64,000 bases of DNA from Octopus vulgaris (GCA_951406725.2 OX597830.1:56358001-56422000), one strand, 5' to 3'. Positions 25,430 to 39,351 are shown, numbered from the stretch's first letter. Numbers and translations are program-made. The notes: a model not told the origin generated them from the letters alone.

Positions 25430-25661
25430 GTTTCTTTATTACCCACAAGGGGCTAAACATAGAGGGGACAAACAAGGACAGACAAACGGATTAAGTTGAT
25501 TACATCAACCCTAGTGCATAACTGGTACTTAATTTATCGACCCTGAAAGGATGAAAGGCAAAGTCGACCTCGGCAGAATTTGAACACAGAACTTAGTGAT
25601 GGGCGAAATACTGTGAAGCACTTCGCCCAGTGTGCTATCATCTCTGCCAGCTCACCGCCTT
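25430..25661 (-). mobile_element. SINE family C
   Basis: Consensus match; flanks agaaattc(a/t)catata. Confidence 0.85.
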
Positions 25662-25708
25662 AGAAATTCTCATATAGGCACAAAATGCATGCTTGTTTAT
25701 ATCATTAG

Positions 25709-25813
25709 TGGGGAGATAAATCCCCACCAACTCCAACACCAAAACCACCAGATCACATGAGTTTGACCTTCCTTGAGTACATTAATGATGATGCTTGTTT
25801 GCTAGAGATAGCA
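25709..25813 (+). CDS. Candidate phase 0-0 exon WGDKSPPTPTPKPPDHMSLTFLEYINDDACLLEIA
   Basis: tatcattag acceptor, 35 open codons, gtgagt donor; no homology recognised. Confidence 0.25.
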
Positions 25814-25939
25814 GTGAGTCATCTCCCCACCGGTGATATATAGATACATACATACATACAGAGTAAATTATCTGGAAAGATTAATTTGTTAATTAATATC
25901 AAGTCAAACACTTCACTAAATAACATAATTAACAATCTA

Positions 25940-25973
<34 letters not shown>

Positions 25974-26181
25974 TGTGCGTAAATGTGGATACATGCAATA
26001 AATTAATTTATAAGGAGACATATATCTTTCTACATCTAGACCATCATAAACCAAATTCCTCCAGAGCAATTACTGTCTAGCTGGTACTACTTATCAGTGG
26101 GGCTAGATCTTTTAGCTTCTGTTGGATGGTGTCCTTTAATCTCACTCTGGGTCTGCCAATGTTTTGAATGATATCTATTAA

Positions 26182-26340
26182 GGAGTGGCTGTGTGGTAAG
26201 TAGCTTGTTTACCAACCACATGGTTCTGGGTTCAGTCCCACTGCGTGGCACCTTGGGCGAGTGTCTTCTACTATAGCATCGGGCCGACCAAAGCCTTGTG
26301 AGTGGATTTGATAGACGGAAACTGAAAGAAGCCCGTCGTA

Positions 26341-26382
<42 letters not shown>

Positions 26383-26590
26383 TGTGTATTTGTGTGTGTC
26401 CCCCTAGCATTGCTTGACAACCGATGCTGGTGTGTTTATGTCCCCGTTACCTAGCGGTTCGGCAAAAGAGACCGATAGAATAAGTACTGGGCTTACAAAA
26501 GAATAAGTCCCGGGGTCGAGTTGCTCGATTAAAGGTGGTGCTCCAGCATGGCTGCAGTCAAATGACTGAAACAAGTAAAAGAGTAAAAGA
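26182..26590 (+). mobile_element. SINE family B, full length
   Basis: Consensus match. Confidence 0.9.
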
Positions 26591-26594
26591 GTAA

Positions 26595-27800
26595 CTGTGA
26601 GAGCAGGGCTTTCTTTGGAAGCCTATCACTCCCTAGTCTGGCAATGTGACTTGTCCAGTGAAGATTTCTCTGCATCAAACAGACAGTATACGGATTGAAA
26701 GCAATCTCTTCTGAAGAGTTTGGAGTTTGAGATATGTTGCCATCAATTGATGTTCATGACAGCTTTCAGATGTCACATGATAAAAGCACTGGTTCTTTTA
26801 AGTTCTGTTTTGTAAAGCATTCCTGCTTCTGCACCATACAGTAAAATTTTGATGACACTGGCTGTGTATACTTTACATTTTCCTTTCATTGAGATGGTAT
26901 GGTTTTTCCAGGGTCACTCAATAAAATATCCAAATGCAGAGGAAGCTTTAGCTACACAATTTTGGGGCTCAGTGTCTAGTTTGTTATCACTTGAATCAAT
27001 GCTGCCTAGATAAGTAAAATGAATGATGCTGTTTAGTATGTTTCCATCCGTCATGATAGTGTAAGGTTCTATATTTGATTGTAGCCATGACTGAAAAAAG
27101 TACCTCAGTATTTTTCAAATTGATTGGTAGGCCAAAGTTACACAAAGAACTCATGTTCTTTTGTTTAACTGAAGCAAAAATAATCTGGTGCAACTGCTTG
27201 GCTCTTGGATGCATCCAGATTGTTTTGTACCTCAAAAGTTATTTGAAAATGGTATTTGTGATGCTAAGTGCATGCTGGGCAAAAAAAGAAAGCCGTCTTT
27301 CACCATTTGAGTTAACTTATCTGACACTATGTAGGCTGACAATGTTTTGCCAAGTATTACAGTCCACTGCTACTCTAGTGTTGAAGTGCCCCAACAAAAT
27401 TAATTTGCTAGTTTTATCTGCAGTGAGAGCCGCATTCAGTCTGGTGCAAAAGTGGTGTTTGTCCAACTCTGAACAGGTCGTTTTTGATGCATGGGCATGT
27501 AGTGGATCTTGCATGTATGAAGTGGATTCGATCCACCATTGCCAAATTTAAATTAACACTGCAACAGAACTTTTCCCACGGTGGAACAATGGTTTTCCTG
27601 TGACAGCAGTTTTACATTTCCCAGATGCCTTTAGCTAGGCCGAAATAATGTCTTCACCACTTGACCCTTTCTAACCTCTTCTACTTCACCAAAAGCTAGA
27701 ATAGAGATAACAAGATCACCAACTAAATCTATTGTTCTCAATGGTATGTCTATCCTTCTGGATAGTTATAAAAGCGAGCACACCCAAAGCAAAAATCAGT
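26595..27800 (-). mobile_element. Decayed RTE (BovB-like) LINE
   Basis: Endonuclease remnant KLILLGHFNTRV; RT remnant FGLPINLKNTEVL; C-terminal SDRLPKKALLSQL. Confidence 0.8.
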
Positions 27801-28333
27801 TAGACACAGTTGATGACTCAATGAGTCAGTGACAATGAAGTCTGGCTGACCAGCTACAACTGGTCAGATGGAGAAATGAAGTTTACTGTCAGCAACTGTG
27901 AGACAACATCCCACACCCTACAACTCTCACTAGCTCTAATTCTGTTCTCTTACAACATCATTCTATCTCTCTCTGTATTTACTACTAAACAATGAAGAGG
28001 ACACAAACACAAACTTTACTTTGCATGCTTTTGGATTTATCATAACCTGCCCGTTGAGGCAAGGTATTGTAACGTAACAGTAAATAAACATTTCCTTAAA
28101 ACTTCATGCATTGTTTATCTTTCATATCCTACTGAATACAATTATAACAAAAAATTTTCATCATTACAGGCACTTTTCAGAGCGAGAAATTTCCTTTTGT
28201 GGAACAATATATGAAGGCTCAAGACACTATCATAAATAAGGATAGGTTTTGAGAAAGTTTGTAGCACAGTTCAGTCTTGATAGCAACTTCCATGATCCCT
28301 TCTCTCATCTTTACTCTTACCATACAAATGAAA

Positions 28334-28373
<40 letters not shown>

Positions 28374-28461
28374 TAATATAAAAAAAGGAACCAAGAAGTG
28401 GACCGAAACGACGAATCGGAACGAACCTGATGCGGGGCGCTGTCAGACAATAAGGTGATAA

Positions 28462-28891
<430 letters not shown>

Positions 28892-29936
28892 TTTCCATTT
28901 AAATATATTTTCATGAATGTAGTCATGCGTAGTCAGTGAGTGCATTGAAATCAAATGAAAAGGCAACTGTATGAAAATCCTGAGCCATACCTAGGTTCCT
29001 TTTCTTTCACATCCTGGATATCTTACTGGATCAAGAGTGAGGGGACCTATAGGAAGTGTCAATATCTGCTCTTGATCTTGTTGGCACCTAAAACAATTGG
29101 TGAAAGCATGGTACATAATAGAGCCAGTCATCAGTCACTTGTGAGTGATGATTGGCTGTATTCATTTTAGTTAAGGAGGCAGACTAATGAAAATGTTAGA
29201 GCATCTTGCTGTAGTTTTTCTGGTTCTTTGCATTCTGAGTACAAATCCCACCATGCCCTACCTAATTGATAGATTTTAATCCATCCCCCAGCTAGTATCA
29301 TAGATGCCTTTACCAAGATGCACACTGCTGGAAGCATTCTGGCCCAGTCAGATCTCCAGTTTGATTATAACATCCTCCCACCTGCCTTTCTACCACTCTA
29401 AGAGTCCCTGTAAAATTTCATGAGTGTTACCCTTCCCACCTGGTTAAAAAAACAAAAAACAAAAAAAAAAACAGAAAATAAAAAAATTTAAAAAATATGT
29501 TTCCAAAAACAAATATTCCATGATCAATACCAGTGGAAGACAATGCAAAAATTCCTATTAAAAGATGCTGACATTGATGCGATGTCAAGCCAAGAGAAAG
29601 TGAAGAATTTAGCTGTATGCATAGATTAATATTACATAGCTTCTGATTGGCTAATGAGTGGTGTATGCCAAAGGACAGAATATCGTTAATGTAAAATGCT
29701 ATGATATATATTTATTTATTTATCAAGCACTGTTTTTGTAGATTATTTGAGTAACAGGATTTGTTGGAATTGGTTGTTTGCTATATCCATAGTTCTGTGA
29801 TGGATCTTAACAGAAATGTTTGGGGATTAAATTTACAGTGATCTTTGCCAAATAAATGGGAAAATTGTTTCTCCAAAATAAATTGATAAAATTTTATGTT
29901 TATAAATAGATCTAAGTTTATTCACATATATGTACA

Positions 29937-30045
<109 letters not shown>

Positions 30046-30077
30046 TTTATTTAAAAGCAGCAGAAATATAACAAAAG

Positions 30078-30115
30078 CTGTTACTCAGAGTTTCACGCTC
30101 CCGTTCGTCGGACAG
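30078..30115 (-). ncRNA. Hammerhead motif, core CCGACGA (left arm of an inverted pair)
   Basis: ctgt-CCGACGA-acg ggag cgt-GAAA-ctctgag-UA-acag. Confidence 0.75.
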
Positions 30116-30140
30116 TTTTTTTTTGTTTTTTTTAACAAAA

Positions 30141-30178
30141 CTGCCCGATGAACAGGAACGTGAAACTCTGAGTAATAG
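30141..30178 (+). ncRNA. Hammerhead motif, core CCGAUGA (right arm of an inverted pair)
   Basis: ctgc-CCGATGA-acaggaacgt-GAAA-ctctgag-UA-atag; arms about 30044-30119 and 30137-30213. Confidence 0.7.
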
Positions 30179-30406
30179 CTTTTGTTATATTTCTGCTGCT
30201 TTTAAATAAAGCATATTACTCTACCTCTGGTATTTGAGTACTCTTTTTTCCAACTTGTTTCATATTGATGTGCTTACTCCAGTATATATATATATATATA
30301 TATATAAAGTTAATCCAAACAAGAAAGCACATAAAAACACAACAACACGAGGACGTGGAACAAATATAGTATTTTTGGACGCTCAGGAAAGAAGGAAAGA
30401 AGGAGG

Positions 30407-30441
30407 GTTTAACGTTTTGAGCAGAGCTCTTCGTCGGAAAC
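30407..30441 (-). ncRNA. Hammerhead motif CCGACGA with G12 decayed
   Basis: gttt-CCGACGA-a-gagc tct gctc-AAAA-cg-UU-aaac. Confidence 0.6.
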
Positions 30442-30707
30442 ATAGGAGAAGGAAAGATCCAGAGAAGGGAAGACAGAGGAAAAAAAATCGCCAACGGTAC
30501 ACACGAGGTCACATTTTATATATATGTATATATATATATATGTGAAGTATATTTGCCATCTCAATATGGCTAACCACTAAGGATGGATGTTACTGTAGCT
30601 TGTAGCCCCAGGAGAACATCTTCTCCAGCTGGCTATTGACACACTTTCTGTGCCCTATCGGTATTTGCAAAGGTAGGTCATTCTTCCCTCGTCAACCTAA
30701 GTGATAC

Positions 30708-30750
30708 ACATGGACTGCAGTTTCTGATTATTGACCCGTCATCAGTAATG
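30708..30750 (-). ncRNA. Hammerhead motif, canonical core, weakened stems I and II
   Basis: CTGATGA-cgggtcaataatca-GAAA-palindrome ACTGCAGT-GUC. Confidence 0.65.
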
Positions 30751-30804
30751 ACAATCACCGGTTTTTGATGGAAGGGTCCCAATGCAAATATTTATATCCT
30801 TTTT

Positions 30805-31565
30805 CCACCAGCAGAGGTAAGAGCTCTCTGAACTTTGCCCAAGCTATTCTTACTCTAGCAGTTACACTTTCAGCACACCCGCCCCCGCTACTGACTTGGT
30901 CACCTAGGTAACGGAAGCTATCAACTATTTCTAGTTTTTCTCCCTGGAATGTGGCAGAAGTTGGTCTCAGAGCATTTTCAGTGTTTATTGCTCCTGAGCA
31001 TCTGCCACATACAAAAACTATCTTCCTAGTTAGCCTTCCTTTGACATTGCTGCACCTCTTATGTGTCCATAGCTTACACTTGGTGCATCTTATAGAGTTT
31101 CTACCTACACCTTTTCTACAGATCAAGCAGAGCCATCTACCTGAAGGCGTTTGTGATTTGTCTACCTTCCTACTTATTAGGACTTTGGTTTTAGCTAGAT
31201 TGACTCTAAGGCCCTTCGATTCTAATCCTTGCTTCCACACCTGAAACTTCTCCTCCAGTTCTGATAGTGACTCAGCAATTAGAGCAAGGTCATCAGCATA
31301 GAGGAGCTCCCAAGGGAATCCTGTCTTGAATTCCTCTGTTATTGCCTGGAGGACTATGATAAATAGGAGGGGGCTGAGGACTGAGCCTTGGTGGACCCCT
31401 ACCTCTACCCGGAATTCTTCACTGTACTCGTTGCCAACCCTCACCTTACTAGCAGCGTGCCTCTACATGGCTCGCACATTCTCACTAACCATTCATTTAT
31501 CCCTAGTTTCCTCATTGACTACCAGATAAGGGATCGGGGGACCCTGTTGAAGGCTTTCTCCATGT
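30805..31565 (-). mobile_element. RTE-clade LINE reverse transcriptase fragment with an internal Cys/His (PHD-like) finger
   Basis: KAF.RVPRSLIW, GVHQGSVLSPLLF, LLYADDLALIA, GLRVNLAKTKVL, CxxC..CxxC....H..C..CxxC, FRYLG. Confidence 0.92.
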
Positions 31566-32084
31566 CATACACGTTTTAATGTAAATTGTCACTGCATTGC
31601 AGTAATTACATTTCAAAATTGCCACCTTTCGCCTTGATCATAGCCTGCAAATGAGTAGTCACTGAATTTCATGAGCTCTGTACCACCTCTTCATCCAACT
31701 TGAACCATGAAAACAGAAGGGCCTTCTTCAGATCTGACACATTTGAATAGGAGTGAGCAGAAACATTATTCTCTAAGATGGAGCAGATAGCAGAGCCCAT
31801 GGGAGGAGGGAGGCCATATCATCTTGTCCCAAAAACTACTAAAAAGCTCTTTGTACCATCTTTGTGTTGAATTGGAAGTGTGGGCCAGAGTGCTGTCTTG
31901 AGAGAAGATGTAATGGTTACCTTACCAAAGGTTTCATGACTCAAGATAACACTTTCTTATCCAACATTTCCACATAAATGTCACTGCTGACCTTGACAGC
32001 AACATCAAGGAAGATCAAGGGAGACTTGGACCCATCAGATGCAACTGCAGCTCACACCATGAGAGAAGCTGGCTTCTGATGATA

Positions 32085-32090
32085 ATAATG

Positions 32091-32134
<44 letters not shown>

Positions 32135-32378
32135 TGTGTACAGTGCTCAGGTGCACTACAACTCATCTAAAGTGTATATATAATCAGGTGTAGTTTCGGC
32201 GGATTTCAGAAAGCATGAGGGCCTTAAAGGATGCAGTGTCATGGCAGTCAACAACTGACGCAGGCAGTTTATTCCATGCTTCAGCAACTCTGAGCATGAA
32301 AAAATGTTTCCGAAAGTCATGGGAGCTGTGTCGTTTTCTGACTTTGTAGGCATGTCCACATGTGTTAGACACATGGAG
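32085..32378 (-). mobile_element. CR1-like LINE 3' end with (TTA)n tail
   Basis: GHAYKV...FRKHFFMLRVAEAWNKLPASVV..SFK. Confidence 0.85.
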
Positions 32379-33569
32379 ATCAAAAAGGTGTAAATGACTC
32401 CTGCTACCTTTGAGCAAGTCTCCTGCATTACGTACATAAAGCCTGTCATTCTGCCTGTTGGTAACTGCTTTCATGGTGAAGAGCTTCTCATTGGACCAGG
32501 TTAACATTTTGTTAGCAGCACGCTTAGTCAAAGCTAATATGGTTTTACCCCTGTCAAGCTGTTTCTTCTTGGATACTGCTGAAATTAACTGCTAGGGTTG
32601 TTTCTTGTATGCAGTTAGCTTTAAATCCTCTTTAAAAATCTTGTGCATTGACGATTTCAAAATATCATTGTCTGAGTGTTTGTGTTTGCACCCCCACCAC
32701 CACCACCACCACCACTTGACAACCAGTATTGGTGTGTTTACATGCCCATAACTAAGCGGCTCAGCAAAAGAGACTAATAGAACAAGTACCAGACTTAACA
32801 AAGATAAGTACTGGGGTTGTTTTTTGAGACTAAATTTGGCAAAGACGTTTTAATGTAAATTGTCACTCCATTGCAGTAATTACATTTCAAAATGACCACC
32901 TTTCGCCTTGATGATAGCCTGCAAATGAGTAGTCACAGAATCACATGAGTTCTATACCACCCGTGTCACCCGCTGACACTCGTTGAAGCTACATTGAAGA
33001 GGCCAGGGAACAGAAGAAAGAAGGAGAAAGAAGACATGCACCCAACACTAGAGAGCTGAAGATACCTCCGAAAGGGGAGGCCCTGCCATGTCAAAACGGT
33101 AGAGGAATAGGGACCGAAACCGGGCGTGGTTCCTCCTGATGATGACTTGAGCTAATTGGATCCTATAAAGGAGCTGTTGTGGTAGCAGACCACAAAACAT
33201 GGTTGAAATTCCTTCCTAAATCCTCTTTAAAAATCTTGTGCATTGACAATTTCAAAATATCAAGAGCTTTTGCAGTTTTTCTTGCACTCTTGCAGGAATT
33301 TCAGTTCGTTTGCTTCTTCACTGCTTCAACAGTTTGTTTGGTATGAATTGACCATTTCCTACCAGGAAGTGGCTTGCTAGAGGAAGTAGCAGACTCCATA
33401 TATTGTTTCCAGGTATTGAACACTGTTTTATGGAACACACTCAACTGTTTTATTATGTCCTTGATGCTCCCCCCAGCTGTTTTCAAAGCAACAATCTGAT
33501 CATACTTTACTTTTGAAACAATAGACACATGAACAAAAGACATGCAAATATTTGTCAAATGTAGATAAT

Positions 33570-33970
33570 GAGCTGGCAGAACCGTTAGCATTCCGGGCGA
33601 AAACCTTCGCGGTATTTCGTCTGCCGTTATGTTCTGAATTCAAATTCCGCCGAGGTTGACTTTGCCTTTCATCCTTTCGTGGTTGATAAATTAAGTATCA
33701 GTTATGCACTGGGGTCGATGTACTCGACTTAATCCGTTTGTCTGTCCTTGTTTGTCCTCTCTGTGTTTAGCCCCTTGTGTCTAGTAAAGAAATAGGTATT
33801 TCATCTGCTGTTACGTTCTGAGTTCGCCATGGTTGACTTTGCCTTTCATCCTTTCGGGGTCGATAAATTAAGCACCAGTTACGCACTGGGGTCGATGTAA
33901 TCCACTTAATTCCTTTGTCTGTCCTTGTTTGTCCCCTCTATGTTTAGCTCCTTGTGGTCAATAAAGAAAT
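33570..33970 (+). mobile_element. SINE family C, tandem dimer
   Basis: Two consecutive bodies. Confidence 0.85.
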
Positions 33971-34142
33971 CTTAAAAAAATATTACCCGAACTGATATTA
34001 TTTAGGAGGGTTTTAAACATGGGCAAATCTTTCTGGGACACCCTGTACACACAAATAAGGACTTATCGACTAACATTTACACACACACACACACACGCAC
34101 ACACATCTTTGGCTCGTTTCAATCATTAGACTGCAGTCATTT

Positions 34143-34699
34143 TGTGTGTCTGTCTGTGTGTCTGTTTGCGTTAGTCTGTGTGTACATAAATAAATAAAGG
34201 CGCAGGTGTGGCTGTGTGATAAAAAGCTTGCTTCCCAACCACATGGTTCCAGGTTCAGTCCCACTGCATGACACCTTGGGCAAGTGCCTTCTGCTAAAGC
34301 CTTGGGCTGACCAAAGTCTTGTGAGTGGATTTGATAGACAGAAACTAAAAGAAGCCCTTTGTATGTATGGGTATATATATATGTATGTATATATATATAT
34401 ACACATACATACAAAGGGCTTCTTTTAGTTTCTGTCTATCAAATCCACTCACAAGACTTATATATATATACCCATACATACAAAGGGCTTCTTTTAGTTT
34501 CTGTCTATCAAATCCACTCACAAGACTTTGGTCAGCCCAAGGCTTTAGCAGAAGGCACTTGCCCAAGGTGTCATGCAGAGGGACTGAACCTGGAACCATG
34601 TGGTTGGGAAGCAAGCTTTTTATCACACAGCCACACCTGCGCCTTTATTTATTTATGTACACACAGACTAACGCAAACAGACACACAGACAGACACACA
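34143..34699. repeat. 240-bp near-perfect inverted duplication including a SINE B 5' half and its flank
   Basis: 34143-34382 vs 34460-34699, one mismatch seen; extra partial inverted copy in the spacer. Confidence 0.92.
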
Positions 34700-35282
34700 T
34701 ACACATATACACATATATATACACACCATATATAGACATTGAAATGCGTGGAGGGTACCCCGAAGGACTTACTCATATACACATAATGTGTATATATACA
34801 CATTATACAGAAAATAGCAACATTAAGTGCCCCATGACTGAAATACTAACATATACAAGCACACTCACACTCACACACATACACACAGAGATGGAGTATA
34901 CAGGAAGCAGCATTGAGTTACTAAGCAGCATACATATATATGTATATATTTCATACTGTGTCCCAGTTGTGCAATAAAAGCTCACATTTATAAAAAGACG
35001 CACAAACATGCACAAAATGATAGTACTGATGGTGATGATGATGATGATGACGACGACGACGATGATGATGATGATGATAATAAAAATAATAGCAATAACA
35101 TCAACAAACAGTAAAAACAATAATAATAAGGGTTTCAAATTTTGGCACAAAACCAGTATTTTTGAGGGCTGGGTTAAGTCGATGACATCAACTCCTGTGC
35201 TCAACTAGTACTTATCTTATCAAACCCCGAAAGGATGAAAGGCAAAGCTGACCTCGGTAGAATTTGAAATCGGAACATAATG

Positions 35283-35319
<37 letters not shown>

Positions 35320-36132
35320 TAATAATAATAATAATAATAGTTTCTTTATTGACCAGTAGGACCCAAAGGTGATTGGGGACATTAGAAGAGAACATGAGAT
35401 ACTACATTGCATAGGTTAATGTGAAACTGTACAAAAACAACAACAACAACAACAACAACAGAAGTAGTAGTAGTAGTAGTAGTAGTAGAAAACAATGCTT
35501 CCTACTTACTCTCCCTTTGTACGTCCTGTACACGTTGCCATGGCAGCAGTGTTGTTTCAACAACTTTATTCCTTTGATGTCGCATCAGACTGACTGCACA
35601 GTGGAAGTGCAGGGTGGTTTTATATTCTTAGCAACCTGGCTACAACTGCTACTACTACTACTGCTACTACTACTACTGCTACTGCTGCTACTGCTGCTAC
35701 TGCTGCTGGTTGTAGTGATGGCAATTTTGATATGATGGTGGTGGTGGTGGTGGTGGTGGTGGTTACGGGATGTTGATGGTGGTAACATGGTGATGGAAGT
35801 GGTAGTGATAGTGATAATGGTATGGGTTGCCGAAACAGTAGTGGTAGAGGTGGTGGTTGTGGTGGTGGTGATGGTGGTCATGGTTATGGTTATAGTAATT
35901 GTGGTGGTGGTGGTGGTGGTATAATGATGATGAGAATGGTAATGTTAATGATAGTGCAAAAAGCGAATGCTCATGAAAGTGATGGTGGTGATGGTGGTGG
36001 TGGTGGTGGCGGTGGTGGTGGTACTGGTAATGGTGGGGAGAGGAGTATTGGTATGAAAGGGAAGTGTACTTATTTCTATGTAGTCATCGCCACTCCTTAA
36101 TGATTCGTAGTTGTGTGTACGTGTATGTACGA

Positions 36133-36167
<35 letters not shown>

Positions 36168-36254
36168 GTAAATGTATCTTTGCATCCATGAGGATGTGCA
36201 TGAGTGTATACAAATATACATATTTATATGTATGTATGTATGTATATATATATT

Positions 36255-37185
36255 CTTTTATTCTTTTACTTCTTTCAGTCATTTGACTGTGGCCATGCTG
36301 AAGCACTGCCTTTAGTCAAGCAAATCGACCCGAAGACTTATTCTTTGCAAGCCCAGTACATATTCTAATGTCCCTTTTGCTGAACCTCTAAGTTACAGGG
36401 ACGTAAATACACCAGCATCGGTTGTCAAGCGATGTTGTGAGGACAAACACAGACGCACAAACATATACACACACATATATATATATATTGATATATTGGG
36501 TTGTCCAGAAAGTTCGTGCCAATTTATAGTAGCTTACCTTTCGACTTATTTTAGAACATGGTTGAGTCCACAAAATAGGATTTGACTACATCTCCATTTA
36601 GAGCACAGTTTAAGCTATCTTTTCGTGGAAAAAGGTTTATGCTCTTATAACCTGTGTTAATTCTGTAACCATTTAAAATGGAAGATAAGAAAGTTCATTT
36701 TTGGCACTTGATGCTTTGGGAACCAGACAAAAATTGCTGCAGCTCGGGCTGGGATGTGCTACCCCACCCTCCATATTCACCAGATATTGCTCCTTTGGAT
36801 TTCTACTTATTAAGGTCTCTGCAGAATAGTCTTAATGGAAAAAATTTCAATTCCTTGGATGATGTAAAAAGAAACCTTGATGAATTTTTTGCTATGAAAT
36901 CACCTCAATTCTGGGAAGAGGATATTTTCCAGTTAAATGGTTCATATTTGGTTGATTAAAAATGTAATGGCAAGTATTTATTGACCTATTTCTTTCCTTT
37001 AAAAATTGGCACAAACTTTCCAGACAACCCAATACATATATATGAAGGGCTTCTTTCAGTTTCCGTCTACCAAATTCACTCACAAGGCTTTGGTCAGCCT
37101 GAGGCTATGGTAGAAGACACTTACCCAAGGTGCTACACTGTGGGACTGAACCCGGAACCATGTAGTTGGTAAGCAAGCTACTTAC
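36255..37185 (-). mobile_element. SINE family B split by a mariner insertion
   Basis: 3' half at 36255-36480 and 5' half at 37045-37185, same orientation. Confidence 0.75.
36496..37032 (+). mobile_element. Internally deleted mariner element
   Basis: TIRs ttgggttgtccagaaagttcgtgccaattt / aaattggcacaaactttccagacaacccaa, TA TSD; WDVLPHPPYSPDIAPLDFYL. Confidence 0.93.
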
Positions 37186-37312
37186 TACACACACACACAC
37201 ACACATATATGTATCTATTTCTGTGTGTATATATATATCTGTATGTGTGTGTATATATATATATATACATATCTGTATGTGTGTATATATATATATATAT
37301 GTATATATATTT

Positions 37313-37878
37313 ACTGGCACTTGTACGTGTGCTAGTAGGGTGCCAAGAGCACCATCCCATTGTAATCGTTGCCAGAGCAGCCAACTAGCTTCCATGCCAG
37401 TGGCTCATAAAAGGGCACCATTTGAGCGTGATCATTACCAAAGTTGCCTTACTGGCACCTGTGCTGGGGGCATGTGTAAAAGGATTTGAGCGAGGTCGTT
37501 GCCAGTACCGCCTGCCTGGCCCCCGTGCCGGTGGCACGTAAAAAGCACCCACTACACTCTCAGAGTGGTTGGCGTTAGGAAGGGCATCAAGCTGTAGAAA
37601 CTCTGCCAAATCAAGATTGGAGACTGGTGCAATCCCATTGTATATCATCATCATCATCATCATCGTTTAACGTCCGCTTTCCATGCTAGCATGGGTTGGA
37701 CGGTTCAACTGGGGTCTGGGAAGCCAGAAGGCTGCACCAGGCCCAGTCTGATCTGGCAGTGTTTCTACAGCTGGATGCCCTTCCTAACGCCAACCACTCC
37801 GTGAGTGTAGTGGGTGCTTTTTACGTGCCACCGGCACAGAGACCAGGCAAAGCTGGCAACGGCCACGGTCGGATGGTG

Positions 37879-37882
<4 letters not shown>
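37313..37882. mobile_element. Two SINE A copies in opposite orientation
   Basis: + copy 37313-37635, - copy 37645-37882. Confidence 0.8.
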
Positions 37883-37926
<44 letters not shown>

Positions 37927-39351
37927 CAAAATTGGACAAGAACGCAAAACATCCGTACAACTAGGTGATACAAAAAGGGACAACAAAACATCCAGATAGA
38001 CGATACAAAGAAAACAAGGATGGGCCATTCAAAGTTTTTTATCTTCAGTCAAGAACCAGATTATCCTTGCAATTTCAACTGATTATTCTTGAGATTGCTC
38101 CAATCTGGCCAGCCCCAAGGAAAAACTAAGCTAAGAGCATTAGATTCCTTGGAAGAAAGCAGCAAATGTATACAAAAACAAGGATGGAAAAAACGGACAA
38201 AGTTACACAAATATAAATACAATAAAAAAATAAAATAAAAATAATAACAGGACATAACAACAGGTGTCTTTCGACTAAGGATGAATTGAATTAAGCTGGT
38301 GTGTGTGGAAATGAAGCCTTATGGCAAAGATACAACAGTTTCATAAACACAGGGAAGAATATCGATGTTGCACGGACCACGGTCAGACCAAGAAAGAGAG
38401 AGCAGGCTTGGCCGATCGGTCATGTGGGAAGAGAAGAGAGAGAAGTAGAAGCAGAGGGACAGAAGAATTAATGTCTGTGTGTCATTGTGTCTGTGTTTGT
38501 CTCCCACTACTCTTGGCAACCAGTGTTGGTGTGTTTATGTCCCCATAACTTAACAGTTTGGCAAGAGGGACTCATAGGATAAGTACCAGGTTTAGCAAAA
38601 AAAATAATTACTGGAGTCAATTCATTCAACAAAAATATTTTTCTAGGTGATGACCCAACATGGCCACAGCCTAATGATGAAAACAAATAAAAGATTAAAA
38701 GATACTGAGAATAGTGCTCACCCTTAATACCATTCTAGAGCTTCAGTGCACACGTATTATCTAAGACTGGAACTAAAGTTTGGTGATGGAGGAGAGTCAG
38801 GTGGAATGGAAGCAACCCTAAATATACTGTAACTTGTTAGTGAAATCTAATTTTTCTGCAGTTTTGGGCACCAGGTTTTGATAATTGGGACTGAGTTACT
38901 CTTGCCAGGCCTTTGTGCACTTTAACATCTTTATTTAAGGACTATGCTGCTCACTCCAATTAGGAAAAAGACGAGAAAGCATGACCCAAATATTTTTCAC
39001 ACAGCAAAAGCTCCTGGACAGGAAACTGTTATTGGTCACCAAGAATGACATTCAACTTAGCAACTGAAACATTAAAAAACAGAAAAGAAAAGAAACTCAA
39101 ATAAAATATGTGTCAGCCTATTTATATGAAATATAAAGACACTTCTTGATGTTCGTAACAGAACAGACCCACCCCAATGTAGATCAGTTTTCATAGCCAT
39201 TGACATGATGTTGAAGTGTAGACATAGCTGAGTTCAAAGAGACCAAGCTACTTGGAAAAAACCTTCTTTGCTGAGGTGTCACTTTTGTTTGGGAAGGTTA
39301 CTTTAAGGATGGACATCATGAACAATGTAGTATCAGCTTAGTATAGCAATA

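Larger units (their letters stand above)
31570..34045 (-). mobile_element. Fragmented Tc1/mariner (maT-like) transposon with several insertions
   Basis: End cagggtgtcccagaaag next to TA at 34045; HTH ORF 33301-33560; WSNEKLF, WPPSS motifs; 3' part duplicated at 31572 and 32845. Confidence 0.8.

Noticed and set aside
28991-29087. Minus-strand segment with good splice sites
   Set aside because: Stops in all frames and no supporting context; a possible non-coding exon only.
35020-36040. Poly-Gly, poly-Thr and poly-Ser ORFs
   Set aside because: Mixed trinucleotide microsatellites without coding context.
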